Source: Camelus dromedarius
Lineage: Eukaryota
Length of the DNA: 64,000 nucleotides
NCBI RefSeq assembly: GCF_036321535.1
Contig: NC_087436.1
Span: forward strand, 10,788,001-10,852,000
Reading direction: 5' to 3'
This document shows, one piece after another, positions 24,801 through 36,560 of the stretch. The notes under the pieces were generated by a model. That model worked only from the letters and a program-made list of their open reading frames with translations, made no database searches and was not told the DNA's origin. The position numbers were made by a program, and so were the translations under genes. Positions within the stretch are counted from its first letter, which is position 1; the number at the start of each line of letters is the position of its first letter.

Positions 24801-26398
24801 TACTGAAAACATAGGTTTATCCACTTTTGGCTTCCTCCTACAGAGACACTAAAGATATGTACGTTTACTAGTAAATATGTTTGGTGTCACACTGAGAAAT
24901 TTTCTATGAGAAAACACATGTTTCTAGAAAGCATAAAGAGTATAAGTTTGCCAATCCATAGAAAGTTAATGTACAAGATAGCTCATAATTGCTTACTTTT
25001 TAGCTTTCACTAGAAATAAAAGGTTTCTAAGGGTTCAAAAAAATCCTAATATATGTGGTTAAAGCTACTAAAAATAATAAGGAAAACATCCCCATATGCA
25101 ATGAAAGCAGGATGTGTGTTTTTGGTAAAAGAAGATTCATGAAAAAGGAGTCATTGGAAAAGAAATTTCATTTGTGGTCAGGATTTTCTAAGATTGAAAT
25201 AAATTTAATTAATTAAGTAAGTTTTAATATCAAAAGTAAGATGTGCAAAATTAGAAAGAACAAAGTTCTTGGGTTATTGGTCTGCTCTTGATAAGACACT
25301 GTGAAAAGTTTTTCTGTACCTTTTAAAATAGACTGTTGAAAAACAAGGATTTTGTGTTTTGTCAGAATTTTCTGTTTACAGAGCTGAATCTTCTTTAGTA
25401 AAAGAACTAAGTTTTTTTCACAACTGTTTAACTTTCTGTATTTGCTTTTAACATCTTCTATCATCATTTTGGTTAAATGAGTATCTAAGGACTGTTTCAT
25501 GCTGATTTTTGAGACTATTTAACCACTGTTTAAAACCTTTATGGTATCTTTGACAAACTTCCTAAAATCAAATTCTAGATAAAGTCTATTTTAACCTCAA
25601 ACTAACTTGGAAATTTTCCAGAGGCCCCTAGAAGATTTCAAAAGATTTGTTCTCTCTCCTTATAAAAAGAGAGATGTTAAACTAATTGCACAGGTTTGAT
25701 ATATTAGATCACATGAGAAGCATCGTCAAATTATGTAGCTATATGTTATAAGTGTTTCAGAAATCATGTGAAATTCCTAAAACTCTGATATGTCTTTGTG
25801 TAATGTTATCAGTCATAATTCCAATTATTATCTTAAAATGTGTAATGTTACAGAAATAATCAAATTTCCTTGTCAATTCCATTACAGTGAACTCTCATAA
25901 GATCTTTAACCATAGAAATTTTTAAGTTTTTTGTCATTTACAGAGAGTCATTGTTTCACTCAGATGCTTTTGTTAAATTATTCCTGCAAAAATGCTTCAA
26001 CCTCAAGGTGATTCATGGAAAGGACTTTTGACAAACATAGGTTTCTGATAACTTTAGGATAGTACCACTGAACTTGGTAATAATTTACAGAAGTCTAATG
26101 AAAACCTTGGATTCAAAAAAACTGCTAACAGAAGACCAAGATCAACAAGAATTAATCACATGGCACTGAATGAACTAATGATGATTATAGTTTTTATGAC
26201 CTTTTTGTTGGAAACATTGCTGGTTATTTTTACTGGCCTGTTTTTCCAGATTGAAGGTTAACTTTTTTTTCTCTTAAGCTACCTATGACTTAGAGTACTT
26301 CGGTAAAATATATCTCCGTGAACAAAAATAAAACATTTTTTTTTTCTCCCTGCCTGATGCTTCCAGAATTCAAAAACTCTTAATAGTCTTATTTTCAA
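21805..26398 (+). mobile_element. Truncated non-coding ERV1 provirus (MER34/MER4-group-like): partial 5' LTR 21805-22051, degenerate PBS ~22052-22071, internal region; no 3' LTR seen
   Basis: LTR ends CCTCCCCAGCA, followed by GTTGTCACAGTGGGCAGGAT (PBS-like), a leader, a C-rich gag-like relic (~23000-23380) and a long AT-rich internal tract. No intact gag/pol/env ORF. Confidence 0.7.
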
Positions 26399-29039
26399 AA
26401 CAATTTTAAAAGTTGAAAGAAAATGGTCAATGATTCTAGAATACTAGTACAAAGTCTCTATTATAAGCTCTAAATAGAAATTCATATGGAGTCAATTTAT
26501 TTAAAACCAGGTAAACACTGGTATTTCCTAAGACCAGGGATTCTACAGTCTTTTCTTGAAAAGACTCATTATTTCTATTGACTGGATACCTCTGAGTCTA
26601 ATTCAAAAGTAAATTAAAAAACAAACCAACCAACCAACCCAGGCACTTGGGAACCCGCTCCTCTCCATGTCAGTAGTAACTAAATACTGGAGTAGAAAGA
26701 GGGTGCTAACAGCGAAAAACCATGGTAAATCCATCAGAAAGTTGAATCAAGAATTGGTTAGTTTTATTCATACTGACATTGTATTGATTTTTGTATACCA
26801 AAAGACTTAAGTTTCCGAATAAGTAACTCATCTTCACCCTACTACTTAAGCACAGTTTGGATTTCTTTCCAAGGAAAGAACTGAGTCCTCCATACCGCAT
26901 GCTTGATGACGTTACATTTTGATCACTGGTGTAGTCAATTTATATGCATTTATGCCTTTAATTCTTCCTTAGAAAGTAGATACGAAGTTAAATATCACCT
27001 AAAAAAGTAAGAGGTTAAAAGAGTTCCGTTTATCCCATTTTATGGTTTTAACAAAATATGGTAAAAAAAGGTATTTTTAAAGTAGCAATATTATAATTGA
27101 ATCTAGAGTTATTAAGTTTCTAGAAGAAAGAAGCCATGTCTTTAATTAAAACTATATGTATTTTATAAACATATAAAATAAAACCTTAGTTGGCCAAACT
27201 CTGACCAAGCTTGCTACTTTTATTTCTGATGAAATGAAAGACTTCCTATTATAATGTATCAAACCTTTTAATTTTTGAAGTTTTCCTTGTCATCCTTCTT
27301 GATCTGCAGGCTGAGGTTCTATGTAAATTATACGTCAATAAAAGTGAATAGGCCCTGATTGAGGGACAAGTGTTTGTGTCATGTACTTCAAGAACTTTGA
27401 AACATCTATTTTGCTGGGACAAAAGCGTAATTTTACTTACTAATTCCTGCCTATATGCCAGGTACTTGAGGCTTTACTGTGGTTTCAAAAAAAAACCATT
27501 ATATCCAAATTTGCCAGTAGTCAATTTTTCTTTTTACTATGAGACTTTTTAGTACTTGAGAACTTTTTGAAACTTTCAGGAAAATGTCAAGAAAAAGATG
27601 CATTCCTAGAGATTATCCCAATCGTGTGGTTTGACAGGACTAGAGTGAGGCTGTCTTTGACATCTTTAATTTTCCTGCTGGATTACACAGTTCAGAATGC
27701 TTTGTCAGGAAGCAGTACATTACCAGTAATTCAAACATGTTTTGAGTGCAAGAAGTGTTCTGACAAAATTTGAAAATGCCTTGTACTTAAAGACTTTGGT
27801 AACCCATCTAAATCACGAATCCGTCAATATTTCCACTAATAAACCTGATGACATCTTAAGTAAGCATTGATGTTAAAATAGACTATTTCTTGAAAACCTG
27901 AAACCTCACAGAATGTTTTTTTAAAAGCTGTCTGTGCGTGTCTTGTTTTTCTTTTATATCTTTGACCTCCTTAGCAATTTTGCAGGACTTAGTGTTGATT
28001 TCATATTGATGAAAATCTTTCTGACAGCAAGCAAGCACTCTAAACACTATTATTTTACAGAAAGCATTTCTTTCCTCCCTATCTTACATTGATAAGTACC
28101 TGTTTAAATATAGCAATAGAGTAGCTTTGCTTTAAACATCTGTGGTGTGGTCATAACTATTTATTAATTCAATAAATGCTCATTGAGCACTTTCTAGGTG
28201 CTAAGCCTTGAGATTGACACTGGACTTACAGGACAAGACAGACTGGTCATTTCAAGGACTCACCTAAGGAATTCAAGGGCTGTGTGACCTCACGGGACAC
28301 AGAGCAAGAACCAGGAGACCTGGACTTCCGCCCTGTTCTGCCACCAGTCAGCCATGTTCCTTTATCTCCACCCCTTCAATGAGTTTCTTCAAGCTCACTT
28401 TTAGCTCACAAATTGCAGATTTTTTCCATTAGAATATACGTAGTAAACCAGTCATTAGAAGTGACCACTAAGCACCAGCGTGCAGGGTAGCTTGAATATA
28501 TTTTGTTGTTTATTGTATTTGGTTTTGCTCTGGTTTAGCTATAGTTTCGAGATGGCAGTTCACAATAAAACTGCTGCCTGGACAAGTTTCCAGGGCCAGT
28601 TCCAATGGAGGCTTTTCATTCTTCATCTCACTTTACATCCCTGCATCATGTGAACTCTGCTTCCAGACTGTCACTCACTCCTGAATTTCCCCCATCTCTC
28701 CCAGTGCTCATTTTTAATAAGAACTATGAACTATCTCTTCTCCCTCTGCCTGTCTCTTAATTCCTTAGGTAATATGTGGTCCTTAGCCACTCTTATTTTA
28801 GAGCCTGTAAATCACTCTACCAAGAAATGGCTTCCACTAGAGCAAAATTATAATTCTCACTTTTGGCATTTGTTATTTTGGCCGAGTGGTCACTTGGGAT
28901 ACATTGATGTCCTGAGGTCAAGCCTTAGATTGATTAATATTTGGCCATCATCGTAATATTTTCTGACAATTGTTTGTCAAGATGATATGTGTTCAAAGTT
29001 ATGCCAAGAGGTTTGAAATTAAGGAATTCCTCTTTTCTT

Positions 29040-29590
29040 TGCATCTATTTTGGGTTTAGCAAAAATCAGAGCCTGAAGCACAGACTCATATGCTACCACT
29101 TCATAAGGAATGCAATCCTAGGCAATGGCAGTGCCAGGCAAGGAGACTGAAATCAGAACAGGAGAAGGGATGGGATGCTTTATCAAAATGACCATGGCAA
29201 TGTGACTGCAATCTCTTAGAATCATCTTCTGAGTAGCCACAGAAACTACACCTTACGAGAATCCATCTAGGAAGGAAAAGGGGCAAATTTTTATCTACTG
29301 CCTCCCTTTTCTAAGGGTCAAAACTGTCTATGAGGGACTACTGAATCCCTCACACTTCTGAGTTTTGTGTGCATGTGTGCTAAGCACTCCAGGCTTTGAA
29401 GTCAACAAAGCAGCCCTTGGGCAGGGAAAAGAGCTCGGGCAGAAGGTGAGGGGTGGTCACGGAGCACCTGAGTGAGTCTACAGGAGCCTCTAAGGACCCG
29501 GCTGACTCAGTACTAGTTGAAACAAAAGAGACTGAGAGCATCTTCAGTGACGTGCAAGTGAAGTTTGATCAAGTGTGGAACACACATGGC
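29040..29590 (-). mobile_element. ERVL LTR (LTR16-like), old
   Basis: TTTGGGTTTAGCAAAAATCAGAGCCTGAAGCACAGACTC...GCAATCCTAGG resembles an LTR16-group terminus. Confidence 0.45.
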
Positions 29591-30057
29591 TGCTAGGAGA
29601 CCAAGTCTCAAACAACACAGATCTAGGAAATCCACGGTGAGATCTACAGTTTCATGACTTGGTTCTGCCATACCAAGTGCAAGAGGGAGAAAGTGGGGAG
29701 GGTGGAAGGAGAGACACAGAGTTTTACCCCTCCTTTCCTAGCCTGCTGTCTCACCTCTTCTGACTCTCTCCAGAGAGGTAAGAACTCAGTCTCAACAATG
29801 TGGTTTTCACTCTTCCACACAGATTTCCTGCACACATGCACACATACAGACACACATTTTTTTTTTTTTTACAAAAATGGAATTGTGGTATACAGATTGA
29901 TTAGAATCTCACTGTCTTCTTCAGAGGTTTACTTAAACCCTTCTACTATTGCTTGAATTAACCTTGGAAAGAGGGGTAGTTGAAAGAAACAACCAGATCG
30001 AGCGAGCCTTCTGAGGGATTCTGGGTAAGTTCAGGGACTTCCCCTCCCCAGCCCAGG

Positions 30058-30363
30058 TTACCGTTTCCCAAGAGACTTTGCCTCTGCGTCAAAATGGGCT
30101 CCACCTTCTGAAGTTTCCACAAGGACTGTTATTCCCTCTGGGCCTGTCCCAAATGCAAAGACCTCTGCCCATCCACTGCTGTAGGTACTTTCCAGATCGG
30201 TGCTTACACTTTTAATCTTGTCGATCCACATGGGCAGAATTTGTGAGGGAGATGAGTTTTCTCCCTCACAAATTTCTGGTCTCGGTGGGAAAGATGTGCA
30301 ACTGGTCAGGCTACTGACATCCTGGGATAGGAGGTCTCTGTGTGTAAGATGCTCAACACACAT
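30058..30363 (-). CDS. Hypothetical 101-aa orphan ORF with Kozak context (unverified)
   Basis: GCTGCCACCATGT start on the minus strand, open for 101 codons, outside any repeat I recognise. No recognisable domain. Confidence 0.2.
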   Translation of the reverse strand: MCVEHLTHRDLLSQDVSSLTSCTSFPPRPEICEGENSSPSQILPMWIDKIKSVSTDLESTYSSGWAEVFAFGTGPEGITVLVETSEGGAHFDAEAKSLGKR

Positions 30364-30486
30364 GGTGGCAGCGATACCGCTTCATCTCTGCACTATCAAC
30401 ACTATCAACACTTCTCTGCTCCAGCAGACATTTTAAGGGATAGATAGCAAAATTTTTATTTTGTCTGAAGAGTTCATTTTTACCAT

Positions 30487-31049
30487 CTATTCAAATTATC
30501 TCCTGCTGCATAACAAATTCCCTAAAGTTCATAGCATAAACAATAACCATTTTATTTTCCTTATGTATTTTATAGTTCAAGAATTTGGACAGTGTGCAGT
30601 GCAGATGGCTTGCATCTAGTCTGTGCTATCTGGGGTCTCAGATAACTCCAAGAGCTGGAGTCTAGAATCATCTGGAGGCTCCTTCTCTAGGCATGAGAAC
30701 TGGGATGATGTAAAGGCTGAGCTCAGCTAGGACTGTCAATGCTACATGTGGCCCCTCAGGGTGAGTTGGGGTTCCCAGAGTGGGAATCTGAGAGGAGGAA
30801 AAGTGAGTGCTCTCCATCAGACCAAGGCAGAAGTGGCCAGGCTTTTTCTGACCCAGCCTGGGAATTCATGCAGCATCGCTTTTGGTGCATTCCATTGGTT
30901 ATAAGTAAATGACTAAGACCAGCCTAGATCTCAGGTGAGCATGATTAGACCCCTACCCTTCGTAGGGGAATGGCAAAGTCACGTTGCTCAAGCGTATGTG
31001 CAATGTGAGATGTTGTTGAGGCCATACTGAAAAATATAACCTGCCCACA
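30487..31049 (-). mobile_element. MaLR LTR (MLT1H-like)
   Basis: Reverse strand begins TGTGGGCAGGTTATATTTTTCAGTATGGCC. The other end reads TGCTGCATAACAAATTCCCTAAAG..TAAACAATAACCATTT. Confidence 0.7.
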
Positions 31050-31964
31050 TCACCCCATAATAATCCACACTTGGTAAACATAGGAAGCCATTCATGAACA
31101 ACATCACACTCTCAAAGATCTAGAAATTAAAATGACTTGCTTACAGTTATACAAAAGTCAGGCCCTAGAGAAATAAACAATTGACCTGTACTCTGACTGT
31201 ATTATCGCCAGATATATTAAACCATGGCACACAATTTTTTTCATTAAGCACTGGTGGAAGAGTAAGATTATTTAGTGACCAACACTTGACCTACTAATAT
31301 AATTTTATGAGTTCTTTCTATAACTCTGTTATTGATTTTTTTGTGATCTTGAGCAAGTCTCTTACCAAATTGGAGCTTCAGCAGCTGCATTTAATATGCA
31401 CTAATCCGAAGGTGCATTGCGAGAGCAAATGTTCCACTGTTGAAGTTCTTTAAATGTCTCCCTAGTAGTGGCTGTACAATGATTACAATGGGGATGGTGA
31501 CAGGGATTCTTGGTATAAAAATGATTACAACACTTTTCTTAAAAATTAAGTTCTGTGCCTCTCCATTTTCTCTCCACATTATCAAAGGTTCCAACAAATT
31601 TTCAAGAAGCTTCTGAAACTCAATCTAAATTTCTATATGTAAAATAATTATTTTGTATGTCAAGAGGAAAATAAACAAGGCAAGAATAAATAATAGTTTT
31701 TAAGAAATTCAGTAATATATTCTGCATTGTTTCCTGGGGATGATAAATTGCCCAGCGTTTACCACTGGCAATGTAAATTAAGAAGAACATTTGTCAATAA
31801 AGTGAAAATCATTAATGGAAATGTCTCATTTTTAAAGCAATTGTTACTTATTCCTTCATATTTATTTTTTCCTGTAATCAGGAGACTTTAAAAAATTAAG
31901 ATCACAATGTACTATACTATTTTATATATAAGCACTAGAAAATTTTAAAATTAATACATATGTG

Positions 31965-32060
31965 TGCATGGGGAGGGGTTTGTGAAAATGCTTTGTATTT
32001 TCTGCTCAGTTCTGTTGTGAACCTGAAACTGCTCTAAAAGAATAAAGTCTATTAAATAAA
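31965..32060 (+). mobile_element. L1MC-like 3' terminus
   Basis: TGTATTTTCTGCTCAGTTCTGTTGTGAACCTGAAACTGCTCTAAAAGAATAAAGTCTATT. Confidence 0.7.
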
Positions 32061-32444
32061 TTAATAATAAATTCACTGGAATATGTAAACAAACCAAGTC
32101 TGATCCCCTAAAGATATGATTTTTATTTTTCAAAGGCAAAACTATTTACCAAGTGTTGCTGGCATTTTGTTCAGAAATTACTTCATGAGATCAGTGAAAG
32201 AACAAATAGACTCTAATCTTAACAGTTCCAAAACAAGATTTATCTTTTTAATTGAAGGTAAAACATACTTTCCTCCCCCATTATTCCCCGTCTGCTAATA
32301 ACAATATTAGCAACAACAAAGCCAAACTTATACATTTAATTTCAAAGCTTGTTTGTTTGTTTACTTCAAGTGCATGTTACATATCAGTAGTCATCATCTG
32401 TATTCCATGACTCTAATATTATTCTTTCCTATTTTATATTTTAC

Positions 32445-32745
32445 TTTTTGTTATTACAAAACAATAGCCATATTTCCCTGTGATGTACAATACACCTTTG
32501 TTGCTTATCTATTTTACACATAGCAGTTTCCCCTACCTTGCCCCTCCGCTTTCCCGCTCCCCATTGGTAACCACTAGCTTATTCTCTATATCTGTGAGTC
32601 TGTTTCTGCTATAATATATACATTTATTTGTTTTATTTTTTAGATTCCACATATAAGTAATAATATAGAGTATTTGTCTTTCTTTGCCCAATGCATTTCA
32701 CTAAGCATAACACTTTCTAGGTCCATCCACCTTGTTGCAAATGGT
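32445..32745 (-). mobile_element. L1 3'UTR / ORF2 end
   Basis: GGTAACCACTAG..TTCTCTATATCTGTGAGTCTGTTTCTG..TTTAGATTCCACATATAAGT..CTAGGTCCATCC..TTGTTGCAAATGG. Confidence 0.9.
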
Positions 32746-33888
32746 GAGATCATCCAGACAGAAAGAAAATCAGTAAGAAAACAATGGCCTTAAATGACAC
32801 AATAAACTAGTGGGACTTGATAGATATCTATAGCACATTCCATCGAAAAACAGCAGAATACACATTATTTTCAAATGCACATTGAATATTCTCCAGGATA
32901 GATTACATGCTAGGCCACAAAACAAGTCTCAATAAATTTTAGGAGATAGAAATTATATCAAGCATTTTTTTTGACCACAGTGGTATGAAACTAGAAATCA
33001 ATTACAGGAAGAAAAATGTGAAAAGCACAAACACATGGAGACTAAACAACATGCTACTAAAAAAAAAATCAATGGGTCAATGAAGAAATGAAAGAGGAAA
33101 TCAGAAAACATCTCCAAACAAATGAAAATGGAAACACAACTTTCCAAAATCTATGAGATGCAGCAAAAGCAGTCCTAAGACAGAAGTTAATAGTGATACA
33201 GGCCTCCCTCAAAAAATAAGAAAAATCTCAAGTAAACAACCTAACCTAACATCTAAAGGAATTAGAAAAATAAACAAAGCCCAAAGTCCACAGAAGGAAG
33301 CAAATAATAAAGATCAAAGAGACAATAAATAAAATAGAGACAAAAAAGAAAGAAAGAAAGAAAAGATCAATGACACCAAGAGCTAGTTTTGTAAAAAAGT
33401 AAACAAAATTGATAATTCTATATCCAGGCTCATCAAGAAGAAAACAGATGGCCCCAAATAAACAAAATAAGAAACTAAAGAGGAGAAGTGACAACCAATG
33501 CCACAGAGATATAAAAAAAATCATAACATAATAATACAAACAGTCATATGCCAACAAATTAGATAACCTAGGAGAAATGAACAAATTTCTAGAAACATAC
33601 AAACTTCCAAGATTGAATCAGGAAGAAATAGATGATCTAAAGAGACCAACCCTAATCAGCGAAATTGAAACTTTAATAATAAAAAAAAAATATTCCCAGT
33701 AAGCAAAAGTCCAGGACCTGGTTGCTTTACAGGGGAATCCTATCAAATATATAAAGAAATGCTAACACCTATCTTTCTCAAACTATTACAAAAAATTGAA
33801 GCAGATGGAAAACTCCTGAATTCATTTTAAGAGGCCAAAACCAAACACTACAAAAACAGACACCAATACCAAACCAGACACTACAAAT
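32746..33888 (+). mobile_element. L1 ORF2 5' portion (end of endonuclease domain to just before RT), decayed
   Basis: GCAGAATACACATTATTTTCAAATGCAC..TTCTCCAGGATAGATTACATGCTAGGCCACAAAACAAGTCTC (YTxFSNAH..FSRIDYMLGHK), GATGCAGCAAAAGCAGT, AAAAGTCCAGGACCTG..TTTACAGGGGAA. Confidence 0.92.
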
Positions 33889-35564
33889 AATACATATTCT
33901 TTCATATTTTATACAAGACTCTACAACAGTTTATAACATAAGGGTTGTTGGATCACAAGCTAACACTATCAGTACTTTCAGTCTTTTACAGAGGAAAAGA
34001 TCGTGGGTTTGTAAAATGTACCACTACTGCATGATGATACCTTAGAATTTCATGGAATCATTCATCACAGAAACTCGAAGAGCATTCAATTACATGATCT
34101 CACTTAACCCACCAGATTCCTTTGGTTGGGAAGATCCAGAATATTTCCTTCACTTAACATAAAAGAGTGCAGGGTAAGGGATTTAATGACCTCATAACAA
34201 TGGATCATGGCATAATGGAAAGGCTGGACCTGAGTTTCAGAGTAGATTCCACTGCTTTCTATTTGGACAACTAATCTAAGCTCAGGAAGCCATGAGTCTT
34301 TCTTCCTCTTAACTCTAACTTAGGGGTGGGGGTATTTCCAGTATCTCTGCAGCTCCAATCCCTCCTTACTGTACTCAGTAAAATACTTGTTGAATATACT
34401 AATGTGTAAATTAATAAATGAGGGAGCACATGAAAACACTGGGACTAAAATTCACCATGATTAGCTTTCAGGCCTTTCCTCCATCTTCAGCCTTTATAAA
34501 CATAAAACATTTACTATGTAAACATTCATCAGGATAGTGAAAGCTATACCACTATTAATAATACAACAAAACCAAGCAGTAATTAAATTTAAGATATTCA
34601 ATAATTATTTCAAAGTAAATTAAAGAAAAGCTACCAGTTCCTTTTATGAATTCAACTCATGCAAATGGCTAACTGTATGTCTTGGGAACTGAAAAACCAA
34701 GAATGTGCAATATTTATGTTATGCCAAAATTCCTAATGCAAACTTTGTGTGGTAAAGCAACTAATTAGAAGCTTAAATTATAGAATACATTTGGAGCATT
34801 GACAGAGATGTTCCTTTTTAAAGGGCAGAGTATGTTTTGGCTAAATGAATCACTGAAAAGTATGCTTTAAAAAACATTCTCAAAAATTCATAAGTTCACC
34901 TGTTAGACAACAAATGTTAAGTCTATTGGTTATTATAACCTTTTCTGTATCTCATAAAATATCTTGAGAAGAGTTCACTCTAGTTTGTTATCTCTTTGCA
35001 AATCACATTACGTACTTTAGTTGAAAACGTAAAGAATCTTTCAGTAAAGTTGTTAAGAATTTAAACCGCTGTTAAAATATCATTGAATATTTATGGCCAT
35101 AAAATCTGGGAAGTCCCAGTTTCACAGGATATTTATTCAGAAATAAATACTACCCATGAATTAAAAATTATCATCAATTAAAATACTTTCCCTCCCATGA
35201 TGTGTTTTACTGAATGGGAAACACCATTGTGCTAAGGTTGCTTAATAAATATCTCATTTTGAAAATATTTTGCAAAAGAAACAAAGGAATGCTTCTAACA
35301 TCTTTGACTCTAAATTAGTTTTTAAGATGTAACTGGCTTAGGAATTTTGAATGTAAGTTCAAAACCACAGTAAAAATGAATTCATTCAGAGTCTCAAAGT
35401 ATTTTGTAACCAATGAGTGGCAAACGTTGAGACTACTCTCATATTACAGAAAATCTACTCTAACAAGGACTCCACATTGTTTTATAGCTACATTCATTAA
35501 ATTTTCCTCATAAATTTTCTTACATCCTTTTGGGAATCGCATGAGCAATAACTAAATCAGCACA

Positions 35565-36410
35565 TATCCATTTATTTATCTGACAAATATTTATGAAGCA
35601 GTAGGTAAAGAGTTTGATTTACAGCCCTGGCATGAATACTGAGATGAAGATACAGAATCTGTGTCACTGAGAGAAATTTAAGACAAATGGGGAAAGAGGA
35701 CATGTAACTAAGACAGAGCAGAAAGTGCGAAACATACAGATGAAGTGAACATGTAGATTAAGAAATCATTAGATTACTTGAGATCCCTGGGAAGAAGGAA
35801 GGCTTGGAGCTGTACCTGATTTTGGCGATACCCACGTAAGGAGAAAAATATTCTGAGGCAGTGAGTCAGGGAGGAGCACAAAAAAAGAGTCTGAGGAAGG
35901 AGAACATGTGGTGTCTGTGTGCAATCAAGGCCGCAGCGTGTGATGGGGGAGGTTTGCCAAGAGAACAGTAAAGACAGAAATGCCTAGGCACCCCAATATT
36001 GAGGGTCCTGAGTCTAAAATAGTGCAAGTTGGGCTTTATCTTGCAGGTACTGGGGAATCCCTTGAAAAGTTACTAGTAGGGCTTCCTTACTCATACACAA
36101 AACAGCATTTCAGAGGTTTTTCCTAACAGTGTATAAAAACTAAGTAAGGAAGGAAGACCCACGTATCGGAAAGAATAGTAAAAGCCAACTAGGAAATGAC
36201 CCAGGCAATTGGATCCTGACCCAGAGTGCAGCCATCTGGGATCAAAGAAAACCAATTGGTGGGAGTTCATGCATTTGATGTGTGAGGCAAAAAAAAAAAA
36301 AAAAAAAAAGCAAACTGAAAGTGATGATTTTGTGAGTGAATGGATGGTGGTTCCACTGACAGAAATGTTTAAGTCCCTTGGAGAGAGGATGTCAGAGAAA
36401 GAAGAGTTGG
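35565..36410 (-). mobile_element. L2 LINE relic
   Basis: Begins CCATTTATTTATCTGACAAATATTTATGAAGC (reverse L2 3' end). Purine-rich body with GGCTTTATCTTGCAGG and GAATGGATGGTGGTTCCACTGACAGA. Confidence 0.55.
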
Positions 36411-36414
36411 CCAT

Positions 36415-36560
36415 AAGAGCAAACAATCATTGGGCACCTCCAGACACAGTCTTAAGCACATTACTGGTGTTATCTCAGTTAACCTCACGCTAGCTGGGGA
36501 AACAGACGGTTCAAGTCATTTGCCCAAGATCACACAATGAGTGAGTGACAGATCCCGGCA
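36415..36560 (-). mobile_element. MIR SINE fragment
   Basis: GGGGAAACAGACGGTTCAAGTCATTTGCCCAAGATCACACA core. Confidence 0.6.

Noticed and set aside
22052..26398. Coding-competent or domesticated ERV gene (gag/pol/env, syncytin-like)
   Set aside because: No ORF above 95 aa and no recognisable RT, integrase, protease or env motifs.
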